From the NCBI GenBank assembly GCA_039931675.1, contig JBDTRM010000260.1, forward strand, positions 10,620 through 74,619: a stretch of 64,000 nucleotides of DNA. The letters are read 5' to 3'. Shown here piece by piece: positions 38,302-48,905 of this stretch. The stretch comes from Bacteroidia bacterium. Its GTDB lineage: Bacteria > Bacteroidota > Bacteroidia > AKYH767-A > OLB10. Both the position numbers and the translations under genes were made by a program. Numbering within the stretch: the stretch's first letter is position 1; each line of letters starts with the position of its first letter. The notes beneath the pieces are model-generated. The model did not search any database, was not told the origin of the DNA, and saw only the letters and a list, made by a program, of their open reading frames with translations.

Positions 38302-40169
38302 TTATTTTTGAATGATCAGCTTGCCTTTTGATTGCAATTCATTATGACTATTCAGAAGCTGGTAAAATAAATTCCGTTTGCAATTTGTTTTGCTTTGATA
38401 GCTGCATTATCACTTTTCTCAAACTTCTTATCATAAATTATTCTTCCCAATGCATCGGTTAATATAAAACGGCCAGGGAAATCATGATAACCTTTCAATG
38501 AAATATTAAAATCTCCATCAGAAGGATTAGGATAAATCAAGAGCATGTTATCTGAACTTTGCAATAAAGGAATTGCTGTGGATGTATAAGCAACGGTATC
38601 TGTAACTGTGTTGGTTGCGATAGGCGCATTGGCATCAAAAAATATGGAAGCATAATTTTTGATCTGAGTGCCGTCAGGAAGATTAGGCTTTTGCTTTATT
38701 GAATATTTCACAAAGCCGTGGCTAGCAGGTTCATTTACATTGCTGTCGGGTAAATAAATTCCATAATAGTAAAATTCGAGCTGGTTATTATTTAAAAGAT
38801 AATTGCATGAATGGCTGAATGAAATGATATTTAAAGACGATACATCAAGATTAGTGTCAAGCATATCTTTCAGTATGACATTATTTGCAGTATCGGTTCC
38901 TGTATTTTGAAAACGTATAGTGTAGGTTAGCATTTGCGTGGTATCAATAATTCCGGCAGGCTCCACAGTTTTTCCATTAGGATCAAAAGGGTAACCATAA
39001 TTTACTATCAGCGAATCAAAATTGTCAGCGGGTGTTGTATCATTTAAGTAAGGATTAATGGTGGCGTAAAATTTTACAGGATTTGTGTCGGGAAGCGTTT
39101 TAAAAAAATATGACATTACATTTCCAAACCCACCGGGCTGCAGATTATTAAAATTCCATACAAGTGATTTACCATAAATGCTATCAGGAATAAGTGTGCC
39201 TCCAGAGAAATTGAGTATAGAATCGTAATCAAGATGCACACTGCCATTTAAAACTGTTGTTCCATAATTGTGATAAAACAACGTGATGTATGTGTTGCCC
39301 CCTGACGTACCGAATAACTCAAGGTCAATAGCTAAATCATTAATCGCACCTGCCGGTCTAACTGCAAAATCATTTGATGATGAATTGCCTACACCTGGAA
39401 AATTTATTGTGTAATAAGGTACTGCAACCGGGCAGGTTTGCAAATAATATTTTCGGGGAATCACATTTAGCGTATAGGTTCCTGAATCAACATAAGCGGA
39501 ATAATGACCTGCGCTGTCAGGAATAATGTAAAAGGCCCCGGAATCAACAGATACTAAAGCGGTTCTGGTGGCGGGGTCAGATGCAGATTGCACGCAGTCG
39601 GAGTCGTTATCAATATAAACTGTACCGTCAATATAATTGCCGAGAAACATAAGTGGGGAATTTATGAAAGTGATGGTGTAACCATTAACGGAACTTGAAA
39701 ACTGGCTTACGTTAATTACATAAGTATGTCCTGCTGTTACCTGAAACAGGGGTTCGCTTTGGCCTCCTGGCTGTCCGTTAGGCCCGGTTACACCTGGCAC
39801 TCCGCTGTAGTTGCATGAAACTTGCAAAGCAGGGTTGGTGTCAATAGCTGCACATGAGGTTCCCGTTATATCAAATACTGCCCAATCGTAATCATCTGTT
39901 ATATTATTTGGTGTTAAATTAAAACCCCAGGTTCCGGATGCAACTGTTGTAAAACGGTACCATACATCATTCTTTTCGCCTGATTGAAGGCAAGAAAGAG
40001 TTGGATCAATTTCATGCACATAATTTCCTGTACCACTGTATGCATTGGCTTCATAATAAATGCTGCTAACTATTGGTATAGCTCCAAGGCAATCCTGAAC
40101 CGTAGGAGTTTGAGCTGATGCTGTTGAAAATATGGAGAACAGAAATAAAATGGTAAGATGTATTTTCAT
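38302..40169 (-). pseudogene. T9SS cargo protein with a 1-nt frameshift in the CTD
   Basis: Signal peptide, DYDWAVFD, DPNGK...YTIRFQNTGT...ASIFFD. The ORF ends GIYFTSF* at 38352; adding one base to the run at 38364-38367 restores GIYFYQLLNSHNELQSKGKLIIQK* ending at 38302. Confidence 0.75.
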
Positions 40170-40323
40170 GAGCGTTTTTTTATTTGTGAATTTACCTGAG
40201 ATGTTAACAGTTAAGTGTAATGGTTTTGTAAACTTCAGGCACTAAAGATATAATTTTTTGTACCAGGTTATGCCTTTGTAATTTCTGATGCAACTTTCTG
40301 AAAAATTTATAATCATACTTTAT

Positions 40324-40346
40324 CCACGCGATACAATCGCGCGCAA
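40324..40346 (+). repeat. CACGCGATACAATCGCGCGCA REP-like element
   Basis: Further copies near 41737, 41835, 48656 and 48826, and an inverted copy near 48875. Confidence 0.85.
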
Positions 40347-40422
40347 GAATGACAAGAATGAACTTATGAAAATTAAAATCAGTTCATATATTTTTCCTTA
40401 TTTTATAAAAAATTTATCCATC

Positions 40423-41724
40423 ATGAAAAAGGCAATTTCTATTTTATCATTAATTCTTATTGCTGCTATTTGCAAAGCGCAACTAATAGTAACGGGGGGA
40501 GCAGCCGTAACTCCGGCACAGATGATTAATCATATTCTCGGTTGGGGAGTAATGGCAACCAATATCACTTACACAGGGTCATCGCAGGCTCACGGAATAT
40601 TTAACGGGGGAAATTTATTTATAGCAGGCGGTGGAATAATTCTATCGACCGGTATTGTTGACTATAACATCGGATGGGCCGCAACTAATTTACTTACAAC
40701 TAACTTAGCCCAGAGTGGAGATACTATTTTTTCACCGGCCAATACTTATGATGCAACTGTTTTAGAATTTGATTTTGATGCAGCAAGCGATTCAATTAGA
40801 CTGAATTTTATTTTTGCTTCCGAAGAGTATAACGAATTTGTTAATGCACCTGCAAATGATTTATTCGGAATATTTATCAGCGGTCCTGGTTATAACAATA
40901 CGCAAAATATTGCTTTGATTCCGGGTACTTCAACACCTGTTTCAATTAACAATGTAAATAATGGAGTGTCGAGTGGCAGCGCTACGGGGCCTTGCATGAA
41001 CTGCCAATATTTTATAGATAACTATGGCCTTAACAATTTTGCTTTTGATGGCTATACAATACCTTTAACAGCAACAGCCGTTGTAAACCCTTGCGAAACT
41101 TATCATTTAAAAATTGTAATAGCTGATGCAAATAATCCTGATTTCGATTCGGCACTACTTATTGAAGATGGAAGTTTTTCATCAGCAGGTGGTATTGATT
41201 TATTTGTGGATAACGTACCTGCATTAGCAAACGATACTGTTTCAGCCTGTCCGGGTGATACCATTATACTTTTAGTAAACCAGGCTTCAAATTATAATTG
41301 GAGCACCGGTGCTTCCACTCAAAGTATAATGGTTGTTGCTCCTCCACTCGGATTTCCAATCTATCAATATTCAGCATTTGTTACCAATCCTCCCTTCTAT
41401 TCGTGTTTTGCTTACACTCCGGCTATCTGGATTAAAAGTGATACGTGCAGTGCAACAGCAATTAATCCTATTGAAAATAAAAGTGAAGTGTCTTTTTTTC
41501 CGAATCCTTTTAACGATCGGGCGAAATTAATTTTCAAAAATTCAAATCATGAACATATAAGTTTAAAGATTTTTGATGTCGCACACAAGTTGATTAAAGT
41601 TTTTGAAACTACCGGTGAAGAGTTCGAAATACAAAAAGGAAATATTGAACCCGGGATTTATTTTTACGAGCTAACCAATTCCACATCGCAAATTATTTAC
41701 GATGGAAAAATGGTTGTTCAATAG
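40423..41724 (+). CDS. Choice-of-anchor L domain T9SS cargo protein
   Basis: GIILSTG, LEFDF, FIFASEEY, FGIFISGPG, FDGYT, YHLKIVIAD..DSA; CTD FPNPF...GIYFY...KMVVQ; start at MKKAI. Confidence 0.85.
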   Translation: MKKAISILSLILIAAICKAQLIVTGGAAVTPAQMINHILGWGVMATNITYTGSSQAHGIFNGGNLFIAGGGIILSTGIVDYNIGWAATNLLTTNLAQSGDTIFSPANTYDATVLEFDFDAASDSIRLNFIFASEEYNEFVNAPANDLFGIFISGPGYNNTQNIALIPGTSTPVSINNVNNGVSSGSATGPCMNCQYFIDNYGLNNFAFDGYTIPLTATAVVNPCETYHLKIVIADANNPDFDSALLIEDGSFSSAGGIDLFVDNVPALANDTVSACPGDTIILLVNQASNYNWSTGASTQSIMVVAPPLGFPIYQYSAFVTNPPFYSCFAYTPAIWIKSDTCSATAINPIENKSEVSFFPNPFNDRAKLIFKNSNHEHISLKIFDVAHKLIKVFETTGEEFEIQKGNIEPGIYFYELTNSTSQIIYDGKMVVQ

Positions 41725-41735
41725 CTTGTACGATC

Positions 41736-41930
41736 TGCACGTGATACAATCGCGCGCACGAATAAATTAACGGCAATTTACTTCCGGAAATTCCGATAGC
41801 TATCGGGATTCAACTTTCCGAAAGTTTACAGACTACACGCAATATAATCGTGGGCAAGATTGAAATGAAAATGGAACGTAAGTTTTTAGAGCGAACTGAA
41901 GTTCACTGTTACAGGCTGCGCATGTGAACT
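41736..41930. repeat. Cluster of REP-like elements, including a palindrome-filled ACTTTCGGAAAGT hairpin
   Basis: CTGCACGTGATACAATCGCGCGC; TACTTCCGGAAA-TTCCGATAGCTATCGGGA-TTCAACTTTCCGAAAGT; CTACACGCAATATAATCG; GAACTGAAGTTC. Confidence 0.75.
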
Positions 41931-41960
41931 GCCTTTTGGAAAAATTTTGACAAGCAAACA

Positions 41961-41982
41961 ATAACTATCACAATATAGGTTG
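41961..41982 (+). repeat. att-like direct repeat, copy 3
   Basis: ATAACTATCACAATATAGGTTG, 11 bp beyond the TonB-receptor stop. Confidence 0.7.
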
Positions 41983-41993
41983 ATATAAAAAAA

Positions 41994-44312
41994 TCAAAAA
42001 GTCATGTTTACACCTAATGCCGGCATGATAGGCAGTTGATCAACACGTTGATAACGTACACGATCGAAGTAAAAAATATTACTCCTGTTAAGCACATTGA
42101 TCACACTTGCAGTGGCTTCGAGGTTTGAATTTTTACCTATTACAAAAGTGCGTTTAAGTGTAATATCCAAACGGGCATAATCAGGCAGGCGGTAGCTGTT
42201 TAAGTCTCCATAAATGATTCCGAGGTAACCATTATCAGTAGTATAATTAGTATTTATGCCACCGGCAAAATTAAGGTATGGATAAAAGCCTTGCGTAGGT
42301 GTAAATGGAAACCCCGAACCGTAATTAAAACGTGCATTAGCTTCCCACAATAAGCTTTTACCAAAGGTGTAAGCGCCAACCAGGTTAACATTATGCCTGC
42401 GGTCAAACACCGGTGAATAAGTATTCACACCATCATAACGGTCAACATAACCTAATGAATATACGGCCCACAGGTAGTAACGCTTGTATTCAAATTTAAG
42501 AGCAAAATCAATTCCCTTTGCAATGCCCGATTCTACTATAAAATCTTTTTTCAACTCATCAGGTTTGTTTGCATTAGCTGCAACATCATCATAAATTTTA
42601 TTCTTGTTTACATTAATTAATTGCTTGAAATTTTTAATGTAGGCTTCCACATTAAGGCTGAAGTGAAAGGGCAGATCAAACTCTGTTCCTAACAACAAAT
42701 GATTGGCCTGTTGCAAATGCGAATCAACAGATTTACCATCAAATTCAGCAGGCAGGTTATCTGGTGCTGAAAGAAATCCGTAGAAAAAGTTAACCACATC
42801 CCGGTCGCTGGTGGTGCTCAAAAAATTTTGTTTGTAGATTCCTGTTGCAGCTTTTATCCTGATTTTATCAGTTACATTATACTTTGCACTCAGGCGCGGT
42901 TCAATGGCTAATTCAGTAAGTGATGAATAATATTGAAACCTGATGCCCGGCTCTATAACCAATTTGCCGATAATCTTTTTGTAGTTAAAGTAAGTGCCGA
43001 ATTCAGTAGTGTTTTCTTCCTGTCCTAATTTATTTCCGGCAATGTTATAAAATTCAAAGCTGGTGCGAAAACCAGCTACTTCCAAACCATATTTAAATTC
43101 GTCCTGCCCGAAAAAGTAAGTGAAATTAAGACCCATGTTAAAACCATTAATATCACTTTTACGTGGTTTTTCATCTGCTTCCTGCAATTCCATTTGATAT
43201 TTTGAAAATGCAAAGATTCCATCCATAAGCATTGATGAGCCATTGGGCACTACAATAAACTTTGCGCCAAAGCCGCCTGATTTCCAGTTGAATTTTGAGA
43301 CGGGTGAATAGTCAACCTGGTCTTGGAAATTAAAGCCAAACAAATTAAGCTTGCTTCCGTTGGCGCCATTAAAAGAAACCTTGCCGTATAAATCGCCAAA
43401 GCTGTAAGGCAACCCATTTTCGTTAGCGTATTTGTAAAAAGTTTTTGAGGTCTGATCTAAATAAGAATTCTTGTACGAAAGCACAAAAGATGAACTGCCT
43501 CCTCCATCTTCTTTTTGTTTTTTAAGCGGACCCTCAAGGGTAAGTTTAGCCGCAAACGGATTAACAGAAACTTTACCGGCAAATCTTTTTTTATTTCCAT
43601 CACGGGTGGTAACGTCCATCACCGCTGATATACGGCCACCATACTGTGCAGGAAATCCTCCTGTATAAATATCGGCATTGCTGATAATGTCAGTATCAAA
43701 AACCGAAAACAACCCGATGGAATGAAAAGGATTGTAAATGATCATTCCATCAAGCAATACTTTATTTTGGATGGGAGTGCCGCCACGTATGTAAAGCTGG
43801 CCGCCCTGGTCACCGGTAAAAATTACACCGGGCACTACCTGAAGGTATTGTGCAAGGTCAGGCTCGCCACCTATTGCGGGGATTTGTTTTATTTCGCGTG
43901 GAGTAACCTTTGTGACCGACATTTTCACATCGGTTTTATAATCCTGTTTTTCGGCACTTACATCAACAGCTTTAATGTTGATTGCATTTTTAACAAGGAA
44001 TAATTTTTTAGAAATGATTTCACCGGCTGCAACTTTGACCTCGTTTCGGAGCGTATCGAAACCTAAAGAAGTAACCATTATCGTATAGGTTCCAGGTGCA
44101 ACCTTGGTGATGCTGAAATATCCATTAACATCAGTGGCAGCTCCAATGGTGGTTCCCTTTAAATAAACAGTTGTAAAAATTACAGGTTCGCCCGATGATT
44201 TATCATACACAAAACCCCGTATGTTGCCTGTTTGAGCAGAGGAAGTTTTTAAAATAATGCAGGCAATTAAAAAACACAGAAAATATAATGAAGTAAGTTT
44301 TTTGGAAATCAT
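41994..44312 (-). CDS. TonB-dependent receptor with N-terminal carboxypeptidase-regulatory-like domain
   Basis: GFVYD...TDVNGYFSI; plug LQVVPGV, YIRGG, GGFPAQYGGRIS; barrel end NVLNR...MTF. Confidence 0.9.
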   Translation of the reverse strand: MISKKLTSLYFLCFLIACIILKTSSAQTGNIRGFVYDKSSGEPVIFTTVYLKGTTIGAATDVNGYFSITKVAPGTYTIMVTSLGFDTLRNEVKVAAGEIISKKLFLVKNAINIKAVDVSAEKQDYKTDVKMSVTKVTPREIKQIPAIGGEPDLAQYLQVVPGVIFTGDQGGQLYIRGGTPIQNKVLLDGMIIYNPFHSIGLFSVFDTDIISNADIYTGGFPAQYGGRISAVMDVTTRDGNKKRFAGKVSVNPFAAKLTLEGPLKKQKEDGGGSSSFVLSYKNSYLDQTSKTFYKYANENGLPYSFGDLYGKVSFNGANGSKLNLFGFNFQDQVDYSPVSKFNWKSGGFGAKFIVVPNGSSMLMDGIFAFSKYQMELQEADEKPRKSDINGFNMGLNFTYFFGQDEFKYGLEVAGFRTSFEFYNIAGNKLGQEENTTEFGTYFNYKKIIGKLVIEPGIRFQYYSSLTELAIEPRLSAKYNVTDKIRIKAATGIYKQNFLSTTSDRDVVNFFYGFLSAPDNLPAEFDGKSVDSHLQQANHLLLGTEFDLPFHFSLNVEAYIKNFKQLINVNKNKIYDDVAANANKPDELKKDFIVESGIAKGIDFALKFEYKRYYLWAVYSLGYVDRYDGVNTYSPVFDRRHNVNLVGAYTFGKSLLWEANARFNYGSGFPFTPTQGFYPYLNFAGGINTNYTTDNGYLGIIYGDLNSYRLPDYARLDITLKRTFVIGKNSNLEATASVINVLNRSNIFYFDRVRYQRVDQLPIMPALGVNMTF

Positions 44313-44427
44313 CGAAAAAATCAAAATTAATAACCGGGCTAAGATGGAAAATAAAATGCTTACGCCTAATCATGAATATGTAAAAGTTGATTTCAGCATA
44401 TAAACAAACGTCTAATGACGCGAATGC

Positions 44428-44874
44428 TTATGTCGTAAGCAATTGCTTCACCAAAATCGAAACAACCTTGTTATCAGCCTTGCCTGCAAAATGTTTAGTA
44501 GCTGCACCCATCACCTTTCCAAGATCGCCAAGACCTTTTGCATCCACCTGTGCAATCAGTTTTTGCAATTCTGATTTTATCTCGTCTTCGCTCATCATTG
44601 AAGGCAGGTATTTTTCAATTACTGCTACCTCTTCAATTTCTGTTTGGGCAAGGTCAGCGCGGTTTTGCTGCTGGTATATTTCAATGCTGTCTTTGCGCTG
44701 CTTGACTAATTTCTGCAATAATTTAGATTCAGTTGTCTCATCTAACTCGCCTTTGCCGCTGGTGTTTTCTAATAATATAGCCGATTTTATCGCACGCAAT
44801 GCCCGCAGTGCTGCTTCATTCTTCGACTTCATAGCTTCCTTTAAATCGTTGTTTATTTTTTCCTGTAAGTTCAT
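44428..44874 (-). CDS. GatB/YqeY domain protein
   Basis: INNDLKEAMK, LRAIKSA, KQRKDS, YLP, DLGKVMG. Confidence 0.92.
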   Translation of the reverse strand: MNLQEKINNDLKEAMKSKNEAALRALRAIKSAILLENTSGKGELDETTESKLLQKLVKQRKDSIEIYQQQNRADLAQTEIEEVAVIEKYLPSMMSEDEIKSELQKLIAQVDAKGLGDLGKVMGAATKHFAGKADNKVVSILVKQLLTT

Positions 44875-45057
44875 TGTAGAAATTTTGAGCTTTAAATTTT
44901 AAATTTTGAATGAGTTATCCTCCGCTTATCGCAGCGAAATTATAAATTAGTTGGTAAGATGATAAATAAGTAAATCAATCTTGAGGAAGAATTCAAAAAT
45001 TTATATGATTCAGAGAATGATGGAAGGCACCAAAATTTTTCTCCGATACAGATTTGA

Positions 45058-48000
45058 TCATCTAATAACAAACGTTGCTGTGTAAATCACATCACCCGAA
45101 AATATTTGCAGGGAATAAATTCCTTTTGCAGCACCAATTACTTCTACATCAATTTTATTTTGACTGATAAGTTTGCTCCGGGTTTTTAAAATTCGGCCAA
45201 GAGCGTCAATGATATGAATGGAGTAATCATTTCTGATAGGTTGATTTATGGATATAGAAAAACTGCCAGAGTTTGGATTGGGAGTGATTGCTAATTGCCA
45301 ATTGCCAATTGACAATTGTGAAATTCCTGTAATTGTGATCACATTGCTCACACCTTCACAACCTACAGTGTCAGTAATAATTACATAATAGTCTCCGGCT
45401 TGTTGAGGTATGTAGTAGCTGTTAGTAGCTCCGGGTATGATACCTCCTGCAACATTGTACCATTGATAAGCAACTCCGTAAGATGAAAACAGTGTATCAC
45501 CTGACTGCGTGATTGTAGCCAATGGCGCTTGATATTCCTGGATAAAGTTTACAAGCAATATTGAATCGCATCCTGCCGCATTACAGGCAATAAGCTTTAC
45601 ATCAAAGCTGCCGTAATTATTGTAGCAAATATTAGCAGGATTTTGCAGCGTGCTTGAGGTACTATCGGCACCGGGAAAATACCATTGCCATGAAGTTGGA
45701 TTATTTGTGCTGAGATCATAAAAGTCAATGCAGCGTTTCTCACAGAAGGTGGTATCATTGCTCATAAAATTAACCAGCAGAGCCAAGGCTGTAATTGATA
45801 TGATATTTGAAGTTGCACTGCATCCTGCACTGCTGGTTACGATTACGTAATAATCCCCAACCGATGGTGGAACAAGATAACTACTTGTAGATCCGGCTAT
45901 AATCCCTGTGGCAACACTATACCATTGATAACTAAAGGCGAACGATGAATATAATACTCCTCCTGATAATGAAATCACAGCCGTAGGTATAGGGCTTGCG
46001 TTAATAAAACCGGGCATCACTAATGTATCGCAGCCGACACTATTGCATGAAATCAAGGTTACATCAAAACTTCCATAACTGTTATAACATAGGTTGGATG
46101 GATTTTGAACTGTGCTTGTTGCAGGAACTGCTCCCGGGAAAAACCATTGCCATGAAGTAGGACTGTTGGTGCTCAGATCATAAAAGTCAACGCATTTGTA
46201 TCCGCAGAAGCTGGTATCATTGCTCATCAGGTTAACCACAGGAAGTACAGCGTTAACTGTCAGTGTATTTGAAGTTGCGCTGCATCCTGAACTGTTGGTT
46301 ACCACAACATAATAATTGCCAACCGTAGCTGGAGTAAAAGAACTGCCTGTTGCTCCCGGAATGAGTCCTGATACGCTGTACCACTGGTAAGTAAATGCCG
46401 GAGATGCATATAAAGTGCCTGCTGATTGTGTGATTATAACTGTTGGCGGAGCAATCGTATTAATAAATCCGGGTATCACCAATGTATCACAACCACCACC
46501 ATTACATGCAATCAACGTTACATCAAAGCTCCCGTAACTGTTATAACATACGTTGGTTGGATTTTGAACTGTGCTTGATGCCGGAACTGCTCCGGGAAAA
46601 CTCCAGTTCCATGATGTTGGATTGTTGGTGCTGAGATCATAAAAGCCAATGCAATTGTTGACGCAAAAAACGGTATCAGATGAATATAAATTTATAACAG
46701 GCACATTACACAGAATTGTATTGAGCATAATACTGTCGGTAGCAAAGCAGCCGCTGTCTTCAACCGTAACAAAATAAGTTCCGGCTGCAGTTGCAGTAAA
46801 GGTTGAATTAGTGGAACCATTTTGCCACTGGTAAGAATGATGCGCACCTGCATTTATAAGAAATGCTGTGCCTGAACAAAATGTTGTGTCAGGGCCTAAG
46901 TTTAGCGTGGGCAAGGGATGTATTGTTACCTCGATTTGCATTGAATCTGTACCACCCATGTAATATAAAATAACATCTACATTATAGGTTCCGGGAGCGG
47001 TAAAAATATGTGAGGGATTAAAAAAGGTGGAGAAGTTATCTGCGCCTGATGCGGGATCATCAAAATCCCACTGTGCTCCAAAAAGGCTTGCGCCAAATGA
47101 AAATACAAACTGTGTAGTATCACCAAAACAGTTGTTATAGTAATAAGTGGTGGTGTCAGAAAACTTAACAACCCAGTAGTCACTGCCGCCAGAATGTGGT
47201 GGATGGGTGCAGTAACCGCCAGTACTGTATGGATTAAATGAAGCAGCAATTATACTCCTGTTTTCTCCTTCCATGGCGAGGCTTAATTCATGATGGCCAT
47301 TAGTTAATACAGTTTTGTCCCAAAGAATAGTTCCCGAATTATCAATTTTAAAAACCCAGGGTTGTTCTGTACCGAGTGTGTTAGCTTCAGTTTTATCTCC
47401 GCTGATATTACTGTAAGATGTACTGGTCACAACAAAATTACCATCGTGTGTTTTAGAAGCCATTACATTTTCGTCTTCATCGGAATTACCACCGCATGAT
47501 CTATCCCATAACTTATTTCCTAAGGCATCTATTTTAACAAGCCAGACATCGGTATTGCTTCCTCCATGTAGGGGGCTTGTTTTATTACCGCTTACATTTG
47601 AAGTTGAATTTCCGGATAATAGAAAACCTCCATCATCACAAAGTATTACACTATAAAGATTGTCATAACTGTTACCACCAAATCTTTTATCCCAAAGCTT
47701 GTTTCCCATCGAATCAATTCTTACTACCCAATAATCATTACCTCCCCATGCAGGTTGACTAACATCACCTGAAATCCCAGATTGAGTGATACCCCCAATT
47801 AAGAAACCATGATCTGCTGTTTGAACAACAGACATTACATTTTCAGTACTTGAACCTCCGAAATCAACATCCCATAACTTGTTAAGGGTATGATCTGTTT
47901 TAATAATCCAAAAGTCATTGCCCCCTTTACCGGGAACAGATTTGTCACCATCAATTCCTGCATTTGTGGAGCAAATTATTAAAACTCCATTATCGGCAGT

Positions 48001-48504
48001 AGGTAATACCTTCGCATTCAATCCTTCAGATTGTGAGGTGCCGAAATTAGCTTGATCGAGCAATGCACCTGAACTGTCAATCCTGATTACCCATACATCA
48101 CTGTAACCAAAATTAGCTTGCATTTTATCACCACCTATACCAGAATTGCTTGCACCCACAACAAGATAGGTAGTATTACTTTCAACAACTATATTGTATG
48201 CGTAGTCGTCACTGGTTCCTCCAAATCGCTTGTCCCATTTCTTAATCCCATTTTGATCAACTTTTATAACCCAAAAATCACCTGATGCATTCCAACTACC
48301 TTGTGTCTTTTCAAAACTGATTGGAGAATTTGATTGTCCGGCAATCAGATAATTAAAATCAGGAGTTAAAGTCATATCATAAGGATAGTCATAAGCACTC
48401 CCGCCATAAATATTGTCCCACATTTTTACTAACGGGGCTTGGGCATATAAAGCGTTAGAAAAAAAAATAAGAAAAAACACTGATATTAAGGTAGAAGGTT
48501 TCAT
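45058..48504 (-). CDS. T9SS cargo: GD(K)-repeat beta-propeller plus PKD/Ig-like modules and CTD
   Basis: Repeats DxWxxKxDxxGNKxWDxxxGG; three DLSTNxPTSWxWxFPGA...YGSFDV modules; PNPN...GIY CTD; start at MKPST. Confidence 0.85.
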   Translation of the reverse strand: MKPSTLISVFFLIFFSNALYAQAPLVKMWDNIYGGSAYDYPYDMTLTPDFNYLIAGQSNSPISFEKTQGSWNASGDFWVIKVDQNGIKKWDKRFGGTSDDYAYNIVVESNTTYLVVGASNSGIGGDKMQANFGYSDVWVIRIDSSGALLDQANFGTSQSEGLNAKVLPTADNGVLIICSTNAGIDGDKSVPGKGGNDFWIIKTDHTLNKLWDVDFGGSSTENVMSVVQTADHGFLIGGITQSGISGDVSQPAWGGNDYWVVRIDSMGNKLWDKRFGGNSYDNLYSVILCDDGGFLLSGNSTSNVSGNKTSPLHGGSNTDVWLVKIDALGNKLWDRSCGGNSDEDENVMASKTHDGNFVVTSTSYSNISGDKTEANTLGTEQPWVFKIDNSGTILWDKTVLTNGHHELSLAMEGENRSIIAASFNPYSTGGYCTHPPHSGGSDYWVVKFSDTTTYYYNNCFGDTTQFVFSFGASLFGAQWDFDDPASGADNFSTFFNPSHIFTAPGTYNVDVILYYMGGTDSMQIEVTIHPLPTLNLGPDTTFCSGTAFLINAGAHHSYQWQNGSTNSTFTATAAGTYFVTVEDSGCFATDSIMLNTILCNVPVINLYSSDTVFCVNNCIGFYDLSTNNPTSWNWSFPGAVPASSTVQNPTNVCYNSYGSFDVTLIACNGGGCDTLVIPGFINTIAPPTVIITQSAGTLYASPAFTYQWYSVSGLIPGATGSSFTPATVGNYYVVVTNSSGCSATSNTLTVNAVLPVVNLMSNDTSFCGYKCVDFYDLSTNSPTSWQWFFPGAVPATSTVQNPSNLCYNSYGSFDVTLISCNSVGCDTLVMPGFINASPIPTAVISLSGGVLYSSFAFSYQWYSVATGIIAGSTSSYLVPPSVGDYYVIVTSSAGCSATSNIISITALALLVNFMSNDTTFCEKRCIDFYDLSTNNPTSWQWYFPGADSTSSTLQNPANICYNNYGSFDVKLIACNAAGCDSILLVNFIQEYQAPLATITQSGDTLFSSYGVAYQWYNVAGGIIPGATNSYYIPQQAGDYYVIITDTVGCEGVSNVITITGISQLSIGNWQLAITPNPNSGSFSISINQPIRNDYSIHIIDALGRILKTRSKLISQNKIDVEVIGAAKGIYSLQIFSGDVIYTATFVIR

Positions 48505-48596
48505 GGAAGCGGAGCTTAGTTGTAATAAATAATTAATAAGTAAATGTATAAGAATTATTTTATGGCAAGGCAAAAAATATTTGACATTGTCGGTTC

Positions 48597-48897
48597 AACT
48601 TTCGGAAAGTGGAAGGAACTTTCCGAAAGTCTCCACCAGAAAAACTTTGTTGACTGCACGCGATACAATCGCGCGCGAGATTGACGGGTTCTACTTTCGG
48701 AAAGTTCCTTCAACTTTCCGAAAGTTTAGGAAAGGGGAATTTCTTTTGTTGCAGGTTTTGGAAAGTTGTGCAGATCAAAATGTCTGACACCCGAAAAAGG
48801 TGTCTGACATTGAACTTCACTGACTGCACGCGATACAATCGCGCGCAAGAATTAATCGCGCGCAAGAATTAATCGCGCGCGATTGTATCGCGTGCGA
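48597..48897. repeat. Dense cluster of at least three REP-like families
   Basis: ACTTTCGGAAAGT hairpins (48597-48630, 48693-48725), GCACGCGATACAATCGCGCGC copies, TGTCTGACAC pair, and a 17-bp tandem AATCGCGCGCAAGAATT. Confidence 0.85.
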
Positions 48898-48905
48898 GAA
48901 TGAAT

